Part shown: positions 19,927 to 30,157 of the stretch, one piece after another
Layout: each line of letters opens with the position of its first letter
Position numbering within the stretch: position 1 is the first letter of the stretch
From: an uncultured bacterium
GTDB lineage: Bacteria; Acidobacteriota; HRBIN11; JAKEFK01
Length of the DNA stretch: 64,000 nucleotides
Direction of reading: 5' to 3'
NCBI GenBank assembly: GCA_963777505.1
Contig: CAVZQN010000001.1
Span: 1 to 64,000, forward strand
The notes under the pieces: generated by a model
Databases searched by the model: none
Seen by the model: the letters and a program-made list of their open reading frames with translations, nothing else
What the model was told of the DNA's origin: nothing
Position numbers and translations under genes: made by a program

Positions 19927-21132
19927 TTAAGCCCCACGTTTACGGATAAGGGAACTTCTGTTACCGTTCACAAGTACTTCAGCAGGTCGCGGGCGAATAT
20001 TGTAATTGGAGCTCATTGAATATCCGTAAGCTCCAGCATCCATCACTGCTAAAAATTCACCAGGCAGCGTCTGCTGAATCGTACGATCCGTCGCAAGAAA
20101 GTCTCCTGTTTCGCAAACAGGCCCTACAATATCTGCAACAATCTTAGATCGACGATTACGTTTGACTGGAATAATTTCATGATAGGCGCCATATAAACTG
20201 GGCCGTAAAAGATCGTTCATTCCCGCATCAACAATTACAAAATCGTGATCGTCTGTTTTTTTTGTGTACAACACCTGCGTCAATAGTATTCCAGCATTGC
20301 CAACAATTGAACGGCCCGGCTCCAGCACAATCTTGAAATTTCTTTTCCGTAATAATGGCTTGAGTTCTGAAGCAAGCTGCTTTGCCGGAATCTCAGAATC
20401 ACCAGGAGAATATGCAATGCTGAGACCTCCACCGATGTCGATGATTTGAATGGAAATTCCGTTTTCATTCAGACGCTCAACCAGAGACACAATCTTATTA
20501 AATCCCTCAATGATCGGTCGTACTGAACTGATTTGAGATCCTAGATGCATATGGATTCCTACAACATCAAGGTTTTTCAAACGTTTTGCAGTTTGATAAC
20601 ACTCAAGAGCTTGAGTCATCGGTATTCCAAATTTATGACGTTTGAGTCCCGTGGAAATATAAGGATGAGTACCCGGATCAATATCAGGATTCACACGCAG
20701 GCCAATTGGCGCTTTAACTTTCAGTCTCTTAGCGATTGAATCCGTCAAAACTAATTCTTGTTCAGACTCAACATTCAGCATAAAAACGCCGGCACGAAGT
20801 GCGGCTTCAATTTCAATTTTTGTCTTGCCAACTCCTGTAAAAACAATTCGGCTTGCAGGAATTCCAGCCTTTCGAGCAAGACGAAGTTCACCTACAGAAA
20901 CGATGTCGGCACCACTCCCCTGCTTCGCTAATAGCCGCAATAAGTGTGGATTCGAGTTCGCTTTCAAGGCATAACAAATCGTTGCAGGAAGACCGCGAAA
21001 GGCATGTTGAAATTTCCGGAAGTTGGAAAGAAAAGATTCCTGGCTATAAACATAAAGCGGTGTTCCATATTTTTTCGCCAATGCTTCTGCTGAGATTTTC
21101 TCAACAAAGAATTTTGAACCCCTGTATGTCAT
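19927..21132 (-). CDS. lysA: Diaminopimelate decarboxylase
   Basis: YALKANS, RVNPD...THPYISTG...KFG, HMHLGSQ, EPGRS, GPVCETGD, SSNYN. Confidence 0.95.
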   Translation of the reverse strand: MTYRGSKFFVEKISAEALAKKYGTPLYVYSQESFLSNFRKFQHAFRGLPATICYALKANSNPHLLRLLAKQGSGADIVSVGELRLARKAGIPASRIVFTGVGKTKIEIEAALRAGVFMLNVESEQELVLTDSIAKRLKVKAPIGLRVNPDIDPGTHPYISTGLKRHKFGIPMTQALECYQTAKRLKNLDVVGIHMHLGSQISSVRPIIEGFNKIVSLVERLNENGISIQIIDIGGGLSIAYSPGDSEIPAKQLASELKPLLRKRNFKIVLEPGRSIVGNAGILLTQVLYTKKTDDHDFVIVDAGMNDLLRPSLYGAYHEIIPVKRNRRSKIVADIVGPVCETGDFLATDRTIQQTLPGEFLAVMDAGAYGYSMSSNYNIRPRPAEVLVNGNRSSLIRKRGA

Positions 21133-21135
21133 ATT

Positions 21136-21594
21136 TTAAGAAACAACGCGGACATCTCTCAAAGCAGCACGAATCGCAATAGAAAGAGTTGAAGGATCAT
21201 CTGTTCCGATGCGAAAAACACTACCCGATTTCAATTTCACTTCAATTCCATCTGGAAGCGAAACATTATAAAGCCAACCATGCGCAGTAAAGTGAATTCC
21301 AATTCCGTACCACCAGGGATTTTTGATTGATTCGACACTCTCAATCTCATCCAAGCGCCATTTTCTCTTAACAAAACCCGGACCAAATGCAATCCGCAAG
21401 AAATGATCCGTTATCTCAACGGTCAGCGAACCAAACAGCCACCACGCTATGGAAAGAATGATCGCAATAAGAAGACATATTGGATTCCACCTCGTCAATG
21501 GAAACAATACGATCGCCAAAACGATCATTGGAATCCACAGATACTGCAGACTCTTGCTCTTTTGCTTTATACGATATCGGGTCACTTCATCCAT
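21136..21594 (-). CDS. Hypothetical membrane protein (two TM helices plus a PH-like domain)
   Basis: Probable start MDEVTRY at 21594; NPWWYGIGIH...GWLYNVS...IGTDDP. Confidence 0.7.
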   Translation of the reverse strand: MDEVTRYRIKQKSKSLQYLWIPMIVLAIVLFPLTRWNPICLLIAIILSIAWWLFGSLTVEITDHFLRIAFGPGFVKRKWRLDEIESVESIKNPWWYGIGIHFTAHGWLYNVSLPDGIEVKLKSGSVFRIGTDDPSTLSIAIRAALRDVRVVS

Positions 21595-21711
21595 GCTATT
21601 TATTCTATCTATAAAGATAGAAAAGGAAGGTATGGATAGTTTTGATTCCAGGTTTGTCCTCGAAGTGTTGATGGCATAGGGCTTGCGATACGGGTGCTCA
21701 GAGGTATAGCC

Positions 21712-22386
21712 ATGCATCAACGTGCCTTTCAAGACGCAACACGGTTTCACAAAAGTTTCCTTGCAGATGCGGAAAAAAAGTGCCTGATACGGATTGCTTC
21801 TTCACTTCCGGATAAGGTTCATTCTGACCATCTAACAGTCTTAGGCTTTTTAGGAATGGTTGGCGCTGGAATGAGTTACTGGCTTTCATCGTTTAACAAG
21901 TACATGTTGATCCTTGCTGTATTTTTTTTAGCAATCAATTGGTTTGGAGATAGTCTTGATGGAACACTCGCACGCGTTCGAAATCATTTGCGGCCCCGAT
22001 ATGGATTTTATGTGGATCACATCATCGATGCGATGGGCGCCATTTTTCTCGTTGGGGGCTTTGCCCTTTCGCCTTATATGAGTCCCGCAGTAGCAGCCGG
22101 ACTGATCATTTCGTATTTTTTATTATCGATTGAAATTTATTTAGCTACGTACTCTCTGGGTGTTTTCAAGCTTTCATTTTGGAAATTGGGGCCTACTGAG
22201 CTACGCATTTTAATTGCTATCGGCACCCTCTTTCTTTTATACAAACCAAAAGTAACGATTGCCGGACAACAGTTCTTGTTATTGGATGTGGCTGGCGCTT
22301 GTGCAATGGCAGGGATGATTGTTATCACAATCATTTCTGTATTCAAAAACACTTTGACCTTATATAAAGAAGAGTCCTCTTCTTGA
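21712..22386 (+). CDS. CDP-alcohol phosphatidyltransferase family protein
   Basis: GDSLDGTLARVR...GFYVDHIID signature; ATG 21712 after GAGG. Confidence 0.9.
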   Translation: MHQRAFQDATRFHKSFLADAEKKCLIRIASSLPDKVHSDHLTVLGFLGMVGAGMSYWLSSFNKYMLILAVFFLAINWFGDSLDGTLARVRNHLRPRYGFYVDHIIDAMGAIFLVGGFALSPYMSPAVAAGLIISYFLLSIEIYLATYSLGVFKLSFWKLGPTELRILIAIGTLFLLYKPKVTIAGQQFLLLDVAGACAMAGMIVITIISVFKNTLTLYKEESSS

Positions 22387-22433
22387 TTTAACTCGGCGTA
22401 CTCGGCGTTAAAAAAAACACATATACTGTTTTT

Positions 22434-23738
22434 GTGAGAAAGCTCCTGGAATGGCTCAGCCACGCGATTGTTCGGATTTTCTTTCGGGAAATCAATATCG
22501 AAGACGCTGAAAATCTGCCGGAATCCGGTCCGATCATATTTACACCGAATCATCCAAATGCATTGCTCGATCCACTACTCATGCAATGTTTATTGAAACA
22601 GTTCCGGGTTCGATTTGTTGCCAAAGCAGAGCTTTTCAAGATTCCTGTTTTTGGAAGCATTCTTCGTTCCTTAGGCGCCATTCCTGTTACGCGGAGAATG
22701 GATGTTAAGAATGCGGACGTTGATTACTCAGAGTTCTTTAATGCGTGCGTTGCCTCTTTGAAAACAGGCGACTCTATCGCAATCTTTCCTGAAGGCCGTT
22801 CACTTCCTCAGCCGTTTCTTGCACCACTACGAACTGGGCCTGCGCGTTTATTTTTTCTTGCTCGCGAAAATTCGATTCCTGTTCGGATCGTACCTGTCGG
22901 CCTGAATTACGAACGTGGCTCACTCTTTCGGTCTGCCGTGTTACTATCCATTGCTTCACCAATAGATACAACGCAGCATGAAACCGAATATTCAAAAGAT
23001 TCATCTACTGCAGTTAGACATCTGACAAATGACATTGCCAACTCATTGGATGAACGTGTCTTTCAAGCGGAAACATATCGCGATCGTGAATTAATTTTGC
23101 TTTTGGAACGATTGTATTCAACAGATGAGGATCGCGCTTCATCATGGGCTGATCGTTTGGAACGATTACGCATTTTCGAAGACGCTATCGATGACTTACG
23201 CCACACGCACTCAAAGCAACTAGACCGAATTCGTCATCTTCTTGCGCGCTATCAGCGCATTTCCACAACATTTCAGGTTGATGCTGTTGGATCTTCTAAA
23301 TCGAGACGCTCTACCGGCATGTTTGTGGTGACGTTAGGGTTTCTTGTGGCTTCAGTTGGATGGATTCTAAACGTTCTGCCTTACCTGCTCACCGATTCTA
23401 TTGTGCGCATGACACGCAAAGACGAATCTGAAGCAGCAACATTCAAAATAGTGTGGGGCTTAATTCTATTCCCTCTCGCTTATGTTCTTGAAGGATTTAT
23501 CCTGTATCATTTTTTAGGCGGTCTTGCAGTAGTGTTATTCGCTATTGCCATTGTTCCATTGACTTTATTTACATTGCGCTTTTTTGAATGGAGAGAAGAG
23601 ATTGGCGGGTCTTTAACAGAAGCATCAGCAGGCATGGGAACGCCCGCACGAGCGACTACGAATTTGCACCGTTTAAAAGAGCGGATCGTCAACGAAGTGG
23701 ATTTACTCGCAGCGGAACGCGAGAAACTTCGTGGCTAA
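22434..23738 (+). CDS. Lysophospholipid/glycerol-3-phosphate acyltransferase family protein
   Basis: NHPNALLD (NHX4D), FVAK, IFPEG, IVPVGLNY; C-terminal TM helices. Confidence 0.9.
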   Translation: MRKLLEWLSHAIVRIFFREINIEDAENLPESGPIIFTPNHPNALLDPLLMQCLLKQFRVRFVAKAELFKIPVFGSILRSLGAIPVTRRMDVKNADVDYSEFFNACVASLKTGDSIAIFPEGRSLPQPFLAPLRTGPARLFFLARENSIPVRIVPVGLNYERGSLFRSAVLLSIASPIDTTQHETEYSKDSSTAVRHLTNDIANSLDERVFQAETYRDRELILLLERLYSTDEDRASSWADRLERLRIFEDAIDDLRHTHSKQLDRIRHLLARYQRISTTFQVDAVGSSKSRRSTGMFVVTLGFLVASVGWILNVLPYLLTDSIVRMTRKDESEAATFKIVWGLILFPLAYVLEGFILYHFLGGLAVVLFAIAIVPLTLFTLRFFEWREEIGGSLTEASAGMGTPARATTNLHRLKERIVNEVDLLAAEREKLRG

Positions 23739-23744
23739 GTTTTC

Positions 23745-26495
23745 TTAGAAATGGAATTTAGCGCCTAACATCACGCGACGAGGCGGCACAAAAACCGAAC
23801 CGACACCGAAAATATCCTCTGTTCCAGGACCTGACAATGTTGTAGCGACATCATAAAATGCATCGCTATTGAACAAATTAAAAATGTCGGCCGAAATACC
23901 AAACCGCATATCTTCGGAGAATGAAAATTCTTTCTCAATTCGAATGTCTAGAAGACTAACATCTGAAGTACGGCGCGATCCATCGCGCTCTTCCGCAAAA
24001 ATAATCCTGGCACCCTGATTTAAATCGGTAACCGTGATCTGTCTCGCATAGGGACGTCCCGTCATCCATGAGTAGTTCCCACTAAGCTTAATTTCATACG
24101 GAAAGATGTAAGTCCCCTGAAGTTTGAAAATATAGGTTCTGTCCCCGTTCAGCAGACCCTCTGCATTAATGAAATCATTCGGATCTTGCCCAAATCGAGC
24201 ATTGTCTAGTGGAAAGAACGATGAATCCTGATCCGCCGCAGGACCGAGACTGCTTCCGGCATGAAATCCTTTTGCTTCCGAAATTGTAAGTGAACCATTC
24301 ATCATCCAATTGGTCGTCAATCGCTTGTTTAAAGAGATGAGGAACCCATGATAATCTTCGAAAAAGAAATCCGGATTTGTAATGAAGAAAATGTTCTCCG
24401 AAGATTCATTCAGCTGATTGAAAACCATGATCGCTTGTCCAGTGACTGGATCACTAAATGGAATTTGCTCATAGACTCCGCCGGTGTTTACAGTACCAAT
24501 AAAATCACGCGACTTCTTGTAAATGTAACTGGCACTCAATGCCAGTGTCGGAGAGAGTTCACGATCGATTCCAATAGCAAATTGATCTGTATACGGATCG
24601 TTCAAGTCCGGATCAATACGAACTTGCTCTTCTGGATTTAATTCAAAGTTCAAATCTGTATAGCCACCAGTCTCTTCATTAAACAGAAATCCTTCAATTC
24701 TTGCCCTCGATGGCGAAGCAAAATGAAGATACGGTGTCAGCATTGCCTGATAATATCTTCCGTAATGACCTCTGATTTGTGTGGCTCTCTCCCACGGAAA
24801 TTGATAGGTAAAGCCTAATCTTGGTGAGACAACATTCCATTCAGCAAGATCATCGAATCCACCGATCGTTGTGCCGGTTTCTTCCCCAGCCGCATTCAAT
24901 TCTGCGAAATCCGGAATGGAACCTGTGCTTCGATCGAATCGAAGTCCGAGATTAATCGTAAAATTATCGGCAACTGTCCAGGTATCATCGGCAAAAAAGC
25001 CAATGCTATTTACATTTGCGCCATAGTGATACGGAAGTTGAAAATATGCAGCATAAGGGGCGTTGTTGTAATCGTAATACTTAACGCCATTTGTATACGC
25101 GGAAATATAATCATTTCCTGCATTCGTATATTGAACGCCGAAACGGAAATCATGATCCCCTTTGATGAAATCATTTGCGAAATACGAAAGCTTGCCACTT
25201 ACCTGCGTTTTCCAGATATCTCCGTCATACCAGTATGGAATGCCTTGAGAATAGTAGCCTGTGTACAGATCATAATGACCGGAGTTGTATTGACCGTTTT
25301 GAGGTTCGCCTACATCCTTACCATAAAATCCGGCGTAACGGACTTCCAGATAAGTAGCGTCATTCACTACGGAACTCCACATAAGGTTTGGTGTGGGGTT
25401 GTTTCCAGTCTCAGTTAAGGCAGTATCAAATGGTCTGGTAATACTAATTTCGCCAGGAATCTCGTAATAGTCATTGTGAAGACTAAAGGTCAGTTTGTTC
25501 TTTTGATTTATATCGGTGGTAATTTTGAAAAAATACCGGTCGTCATTTTGTTTCTTGGGAAATTCGGGCGGAGTGCCTGGTTCTGAAAAATGCTCACGGC
25601 GTGATTGCCATCCACCAAAGATCCAAATTCTTTCTTTTACGATGGGACCACCGATCTGAATTGTCCCGTCAATGTATTGATCGCGATGATATGGAATGCC
25701 ATCAATTAAAGCATTCTCACCGGTTAACCCATCCGATTGAAAAAAGATATTTGCGTCACCATGAAACTCGTTGCCTCCGGACTTAGTAACAACATTCACT
25801 ACGGCGCCTTGATAGTTCCCATATTCAGCCGGAGCACCGATATCAAGGATTTCAATTTCTTCAATAATATCTGTGTTTGGAAAAGGCCAGGCCGCACCGG
25901 TTAAAGATGAAGTGAGATCGGTGCCATCCATTTGATAGGCATTTTCATTTGTGTTTGAACCCAAAATCGAATGCGAGAATGCAGTGTTATCAAATCGCAT
26001 CGGCGCGGATCCAGGAGCCATTTGAACAAAATCAAAAAATGTAAATCTTGCAATTGGAGTATTTTCTAAATATTCCTGCGTATAGTTTGTTGAGTGTCCA
26101 GCTTTTGTTGGATCAATCATCGGAGTTTCGCCAGTAATAATCATCTCTTCAGAAACTTTGGAGAGATTCATCACGACGTTTTGTTCAATGCTCGTGCCAA
26201 GAACAACGCGAATGTCGTCATATGCGACTGGCTGAAAACCTTCCAGCATAAAACTTAGTTTATATGCGCCAGGTGGTAACGCTGGAAATCGATAACTGCC
26301 GTCTGCATCCGTTACCGCAAGTTGTGAACCACCCATCAGTGTTTCGCCGGCAACGGTAACATTTACGCCAGGAAGTGGAGCTCCTGAATCGTCTTTAACA
26401 TCACCACGAATTGCACCTGTAAGGCGCTGCGCATAGGCAAAGTTGTTTATTAGAAGAAGGAATGCACAAAAGAGCAGAATACGGCGTCCGATCAC
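23745..26495 (-). CDS. Oar-type TonB-dependent receptor with an N-terminal carboxypeptidase-regulatory-like domain
   Basis: G.V.D.SGAPLPGV.VTV, GAPAEYG, VVNVVTKSGGNEFHG, NLGLRFD, PRLGF; terminal F. Confidence 0.9.
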   Translation of the reverse strand: MIGRRILLFCAFLLLINNFAYAQRLTGAIRGDVKDDSGAPLPGVNVTVAGETLMGGSQLAVTDADGSYRFPALPPGAYKLSFMLEGFQPVAYDDIRVVLGTSIEQNVVMNLSKVSEEMIITGETPMIDPTKAGHSTNYTQEYLENTPIARFTFFDFVQMAPGSAPMRFDNTAFSHSILGSNTNENAYQMDGTDLTSSLTGAAWPFPNTDIIEEIEILDIGAPAEYGNYQGAVVNVVTKSGGNEFHGDANIFFQSDGLTGENALIDGIPYHRDQYIDGTIQIGGPIVKERIWIFGGWQSRREHFSEPGTPPEFPKKQNDDRYFFKITTDINQKNKLTFSLHNDYYEIPGEISITRPFDTALTETGNNPTPNLMWSSVVNDATYLEVRYAGFYGKDVGEPQNGQYNSGHYDLYTGYYSQGIPYWYDGDIWKTQVSGKLSYFANDFIKGDHDFRFGVQYTNAGNDYISAYTNGVKYYDYNNAPYAAYFQLPYHYGANVNSIGFFADDTWTVADNFTINLGLRFDRSTGSIPDFAELNAAGEETGTTIGGFDDLAEWNVVSPRLGFTYQFPWERATQIRGHYGRYYQAMLTPYLHFASPSRARIEGFLFNEETGGYTDLNFELNPEEQVRIDPDLNDPYTDQFAIGIDRELSPTLALSASYIYKKSRDFIGTVNTGGVYEQIPFSDPVTGQAIMVFNQLNESSENIFFITNPDFFFEDYHGFLISLNKRLTTNWMMNGSLTISEAKGFHAGSSLGPAADQDSSFFPLDNARFGQDPNDFINAEGLLNGDRTYIFKLQGTYIFPYEIKLSGNYSWMTGRPYARQITVTDLNQGARIIFAEERDGSRRTSDVSLLDIRIEKEFSFSEDMRFGISADIFNLFNSDAFYDVATTLSGPGTEDIFGVGSVFVPPRRVMLGAKFHF

Positions 26496-26579
26496 TCGAC
26501 CCTCCGTTCAACTTAAGTCATTAATTACCATTCCTAAGTTATTTTGATTGTTACACAAGTGGAATCAGAAGAAAAGGGT

Positions 26580-26614
26580 GTAGTAGGGGCGGGTCTAAGA
26601 CCCGCCCCTACTAC
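26580..26614. repeat. GTAG-family REP, perfect 17-1-17 palindrome
   Basis: GTAGTAGGGGCGGGTCT-A-AGACCCGCCCCTACTAC. Confidence 0.9.
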
Positions 26615-26619
26615 TGCTA

Positions 26620-28089
26620 TTAATACCAACCGATCGGTTGTTCGTTTAAATTGATGAACACTTGTTTCGTTTCTAAATACTCTTCAATTCCCCACTTTCC
26701 AAGTTCTCTGCCGAAACCTGATTGTTTGTAACCACCCCACGGAGCTTCAACATAGGTGGGCTGCATATGATTGACCCAGACGATTCCAGCACGTAATTGT
26801 TTTACAGTACGAAGAGCTTTATAAATGTCACGCGACCAAACTGCAGCTGCAAGACCATACGGACTATCATTTGCAATTCGCAAAGCATCTTCTTCATCTT
26901 TAAATGGAATTACAGCAGCAACAGGACCAAACACTTCCTCGCGTGCAAGCGTTGAATTGTTGTCTACATCATAAAAAACTGTCGGTTGTACAAAAAATCC
27001 CTTGGCAAGTTCTCCATCTGTAGCGCGGTTCCCACCGAATGCTATTTTCAGCCCTTCTTTTCTACCTACATCAAAATAATGTTCGATACGATCGAGGTGT
27101 TCCTTATTAATAACGGGCCCCATTTTTGTTTCACGATTGATACCAGGCCCGACCAGAATTCCTTTTGCCTTTTCCGTCATTCTTTGAAGAAATTGATCGT
27201 AAATCGATTTCTGTACAAGGATGCGGCTGCCTGCACTACAGACTTCGCCTTGATTGATAAACACACCAAACAGCGCGCCGTCTACTGCCGCTTCGAAATC
27301 TGCATCTGCAAAAAAGATGTTCGGGGATTTGCCACCGAGCTCTAAAGAAACACGCTTCAATGAGTCGGCAGCATTCCTCATGATCGACTTACCAACGGGG
27401 ACACTTCCAGTGAATGCAATCTTATCTACATCAGGATGAATCACGATGGCGTGTCCTGTTTCACCAAAGCCTGTAAGGATGTTCACAGCGCCCGGCGGCA
27501 GCCCGACTTCTTCAAAACTTGAAGCAAGCTCCAATAAAGTTATAGGAGTTTGTTCCGCCGGTTTGATTACGCAAGTGCATCCCGCAGCGAGTGCCGGTGC
27601 GAGCTTCCATGCAGCCATCAACAACGGATAGTTCCATGGAATGATTTGACCTGCGACTCCAACCGGTTCGCGAAGTGCAAGACTGATTGCATTATCAGGA
27701 ACGGGCAAAACTTCACCATGAATTTTAGTCGCGAGTCCGCCGTAGTATTCAAAACAGGTTGCTGTATCTGCAATATCAAATTCCGCTTCCACAATCGGTT
27801 TGCCTGTGTTGAAACATTCCAGCTTGGCTAATTCATCTGAGCGTTTACGTATTATTTCTGCCAGCCTCAACAAAACCCGTCCGCGTTCCTGGTGCGTTTT
27901 TCCAGGCCAGGCACCGGAATCAAAACATTCTCTTGCTGCCTTTACAGCCCGATTGACATCTTCTGTATCCGCTTCAGGAAATACACCCAATACTTCTTGA
28001 TTCGCAGGATTAATTGCTTCAAATGTCTTTGAAGAATGAGGCTGGGCAAACTGACCATTGATATAAAGTTGATATCTTTTAGCTGCCAT
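26620..28089 (-). CDS. NAD-dependent aldehyde dehydrogenase (betaine/amino-aldehyde-like)
   Basis: PWNYP, FTGS, LELGGKSP, GEVCSAG, EEVFGP; ATG 28089 after AAGGAG. Confidence 0.93.
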   Translation of the reverse strand: MAAKRYQLYINGQFAQPHSSKTFEAINPANQEVLGVFPEADTEDVNRAVKAARECFDSGAWPGKTHQERGRVLLRLAEIIRKRSDELAKLECFNTGKPIVEAEFDIADTATCFEYYGGLATKIHGEVLPVPDNAISLALREPVGVAGQIIPWNYPLLMAAWKLAPALAAGCTCVIKPAEQTPITLLELASSFEEVGLPPGAVNILTGFGETGHAIVIHPDVDKIAFTGSVPVGKSIMRNAADSLKRVSLELGGKSPNIFFADADFEAAVDGALFGVFINQGEVCSAGSRILVQKSIYDQFLQRMTEKAKGILVGPGINRETKMGPVINKEHLDRIEHYFDVGRKEGLKIAFGGNRATDGELAKGFFVQPTVFYDVDNNSTLAREEVFGPVAAVIPFKDEEDALRIANDSPYGLAAAVWSRDIYKALRTVKQLRAGIVWVNHMQPTYVEAPWGGYKQSGFGRELGKWGIEEYLETKQVFINLNEQPIGWY

Positions 28090-28194
28090 ATAACGACTCC
28101 TTTTCCTTAGCATACACCAGTATTTGAAAAGTATCCGTCCAGTAGTATTGTGAACTCAGCGACTTTGTTGTGAATTCTTAACAGGAGGATTCAA

Positions 28195-30042
28195 ATGCAC
28201 TTTGAACTCAAAATTACCACTTGTTTCATCATCGCACTTTTATTTCTTTATCCCGTTTTCGCACTGGCACAGCAAACAGCAAAGCCTGTTTTGCATGGCC
28301 AAAATTGGATGGCAATCACAGGCAAACCGCTCGCAGCAACTGCCGGAGCCATCACATTTCAAAAAGGAGGTAATGCTGTTGATGCAGCTTGTGCAATGAT
28401 TGCTGCAACCTGCACGATGTGGGATGTTTTGAGTTGGGGTGGTGAAACGCAGGCCCTGATTTATAACCCTCACACTGGTAAAGTGATCGGCATCAATGCA
28501 CTTGGTGTAGCTCCTACCGGGGCAACTACGGATTTTTACAAAAAACAAAATGTGAAGTATCCACCAGAACATGGTCCTTTATCCGCTGTAACCCCAGGCA
28601 CACCGGGCGGAATTCTTGTAATGCTTGCGGAGTACGGGAAATTGTCACTAGCCGAAGTTCTTGATCCTGCTATCAAACTCGCAGATGGTTATCCAATTGA
28701 AAAACAAACTGCAGACATCATCGAACGCGAAAAAGAAAACCTTAAAAAATGGAATTATTCGAAACAAGTTATGCTGACGCATTCCGGATCGACGCGAGAA
28801 GCTCCGGAGCCTGGCGAAATTTTTAAACAACCCGATCTTGCTGCCACGTTAAGAAAACTTGTCGATGCAGAAAAACAGGCACTTGCCGCTGGTAAAAATC
28901 GAAAAGATGCAATCTTAGCGGCTTACGATCGTTTCTACAAAGGTGATATCGCACAAGAAATTGCAAGAAGCACACAAGAACAAGGCGGATTAATTACACA
29001 AACCGATCTTGCCAACTGGAAAGTCCGGATCGAAGAACCTATTAAAACAAACTACAAAGGAATTGATGTTTACAAACTGACAACATGGACTCAAAGTGGT
29101 GCGATGTTGCAGGCGTTAAACATTCTTGAAAATTTTGACCTGAAATCAATGGGATACAACAGTTCGAACTACATTCATACAGTTTATCAAGCCATGAATC
29201 TCGCTTTCTCAGACCGTGATTTTTATTACGGTGATCCTTATTTTCCGCCCGAGGAACCCGTGCGCGGTCTTCTTTCAAAAGAGTACGCAAAAACACGCGC
29301 AAAGTTAATTCAGCAAGAGAGTAACAATAAAGAAATGGGTCCGGGCGATCCATATCCATTTCAAAACGGGAAGAATCCATACACAGAATTGTTGAAGAAT
29401 TGGAAATCACAACCAGACGATACAAAAACAGCCGATGCGAAATTTTACAAAGACTTTTATGCTGGAACTACCTCCGTTCAAGCAGCCGATCGCGAAGGAT
29501 GGGTCGTTTCAGTAACTCCCAGCGGCGGCTGGATTCCCGCAGTAATCGCAGGCCGAACCGGAATTGGATTAAGCCAGCGCGCCCAAAGTTTTGTTTTGGA
29601 TGCGTCAGAAAATCCATTTAACGTAATTGAACCTGGAAAGCGGCCGCGAGTAACCTTGACTCCTTCCCTTGCATTAAAAGATGGAAAGCCTTTTCTATCG
29701 TTCGCAGTTCAAGGCGGCGACAGTCAGGATCAAAACCTTCTACAGTTTTTCCTGAATGTTGTTGAATTCGGAATGAACGTTCAAGAATCAGTGGAAGCTG
29801 CCAACTTTAATAGTTATCAAATGCGTAGCTCATTTGGCGAACATGAATCGCGTCCGGGAGTCATCCTGTTGAATGATTCCATCTCACCCTGGGTTCGAAA
29901 AGAATTGAAAAACAAAGGTTACGAAATGGAATTTGCAGCACGAACTTCCGGTCCGATTAATGCAATCTTTTTTGATCGCGATCATGGAACATTTTGGGGT
30001 GGATCAAGCCATCATGGTGAGGACTACGGGATCGGTTGGTAA
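28195..30042 (+). CDS. ggt: Gamma-glutamyltransferase family protein (exported)
   Basis: GGNAVDAA, FYKGDIA, autocleavage GTTSV, PGKRP; signal peptide. Confidence 0.9.
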   Translation: MHFELKITTCFIIALLFLYPVFALAQQTAKPVLHGQNWMAITGKPLAATAGAITFQKGGNAVDAACAMIAATCTMWDVLSWGGETQALIYNPHTGKVIGINALGVAPTGATTDFYKKQNVKYPPEHGPLSAVTPGTPGGILVMLAEYGKLSLAEVLDPAIKLADGYPIEKQTADIIEREKENLKKWNYSKQVMLTHSGSTREAPEPGEIFKQPDLAATLRKLVDAEKQALAAGKNRKDAILAAYDRFYKGDIAQEIARSTQEQGGLITQTDLANWKVRIEEPIKTNYKGIDVYKLTTWTQSGAMLQALNILENFDLKSMGYNSSNYIHTVYQAMNLAFSDRDFYYGDPYFPPEEPVRGLLSKEYAKTRAKLIQQESNNKEMGPGDPYPFQNGKNPYTELLKNWKSQPDDTKTADAKFYKDFYAGTTSVQAADREGWVVSVTPSGGWIPAVIAGRTGIGLSQRAQSFVLDASENPFNVIEPGKRPRVTLTPSLALKDGKPFLSFAVQGGDSQDQNLLQFFLNVVEFGMNVQESVEAANFNSYQMRSSFGEHESRPGVILLNDSISPWVRKELKNKGYEMEFAARTSGPINAIFFDRDHGTFWGGSSHHGEDYGIGW

Positions 30043-30047
30043 AAAAG

Positions 30048-30140
30048 TACGAATAACGAATAGCGATTTACTAATTACGAATTTAGCTCAACCACAAAGA
30101 CGCAAAGATAAAAGAGGGCCGACACAAACGCCGGCCCAAC
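30048..30140. repeat. Composite junction repeat (7-mer array, 9-mer pair and REP-like hairpin)
   Basis: ACGAATA ACGAATA GCGATTT ACTAATT ACGAATT; AACCACAAAGACGCAAAGA; GGGCCGACACAAACGCCGGCCC. Confidence 0.6.
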
Positions 30141-30157
30141 GATCACGAGTTAAATAC

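Noticed and set aside
19927-19960. Slightly short LysA C-terminus as a pseudogene sign
   Set aside because: All catalytic motifs are intact and only a few terminal residues differ.
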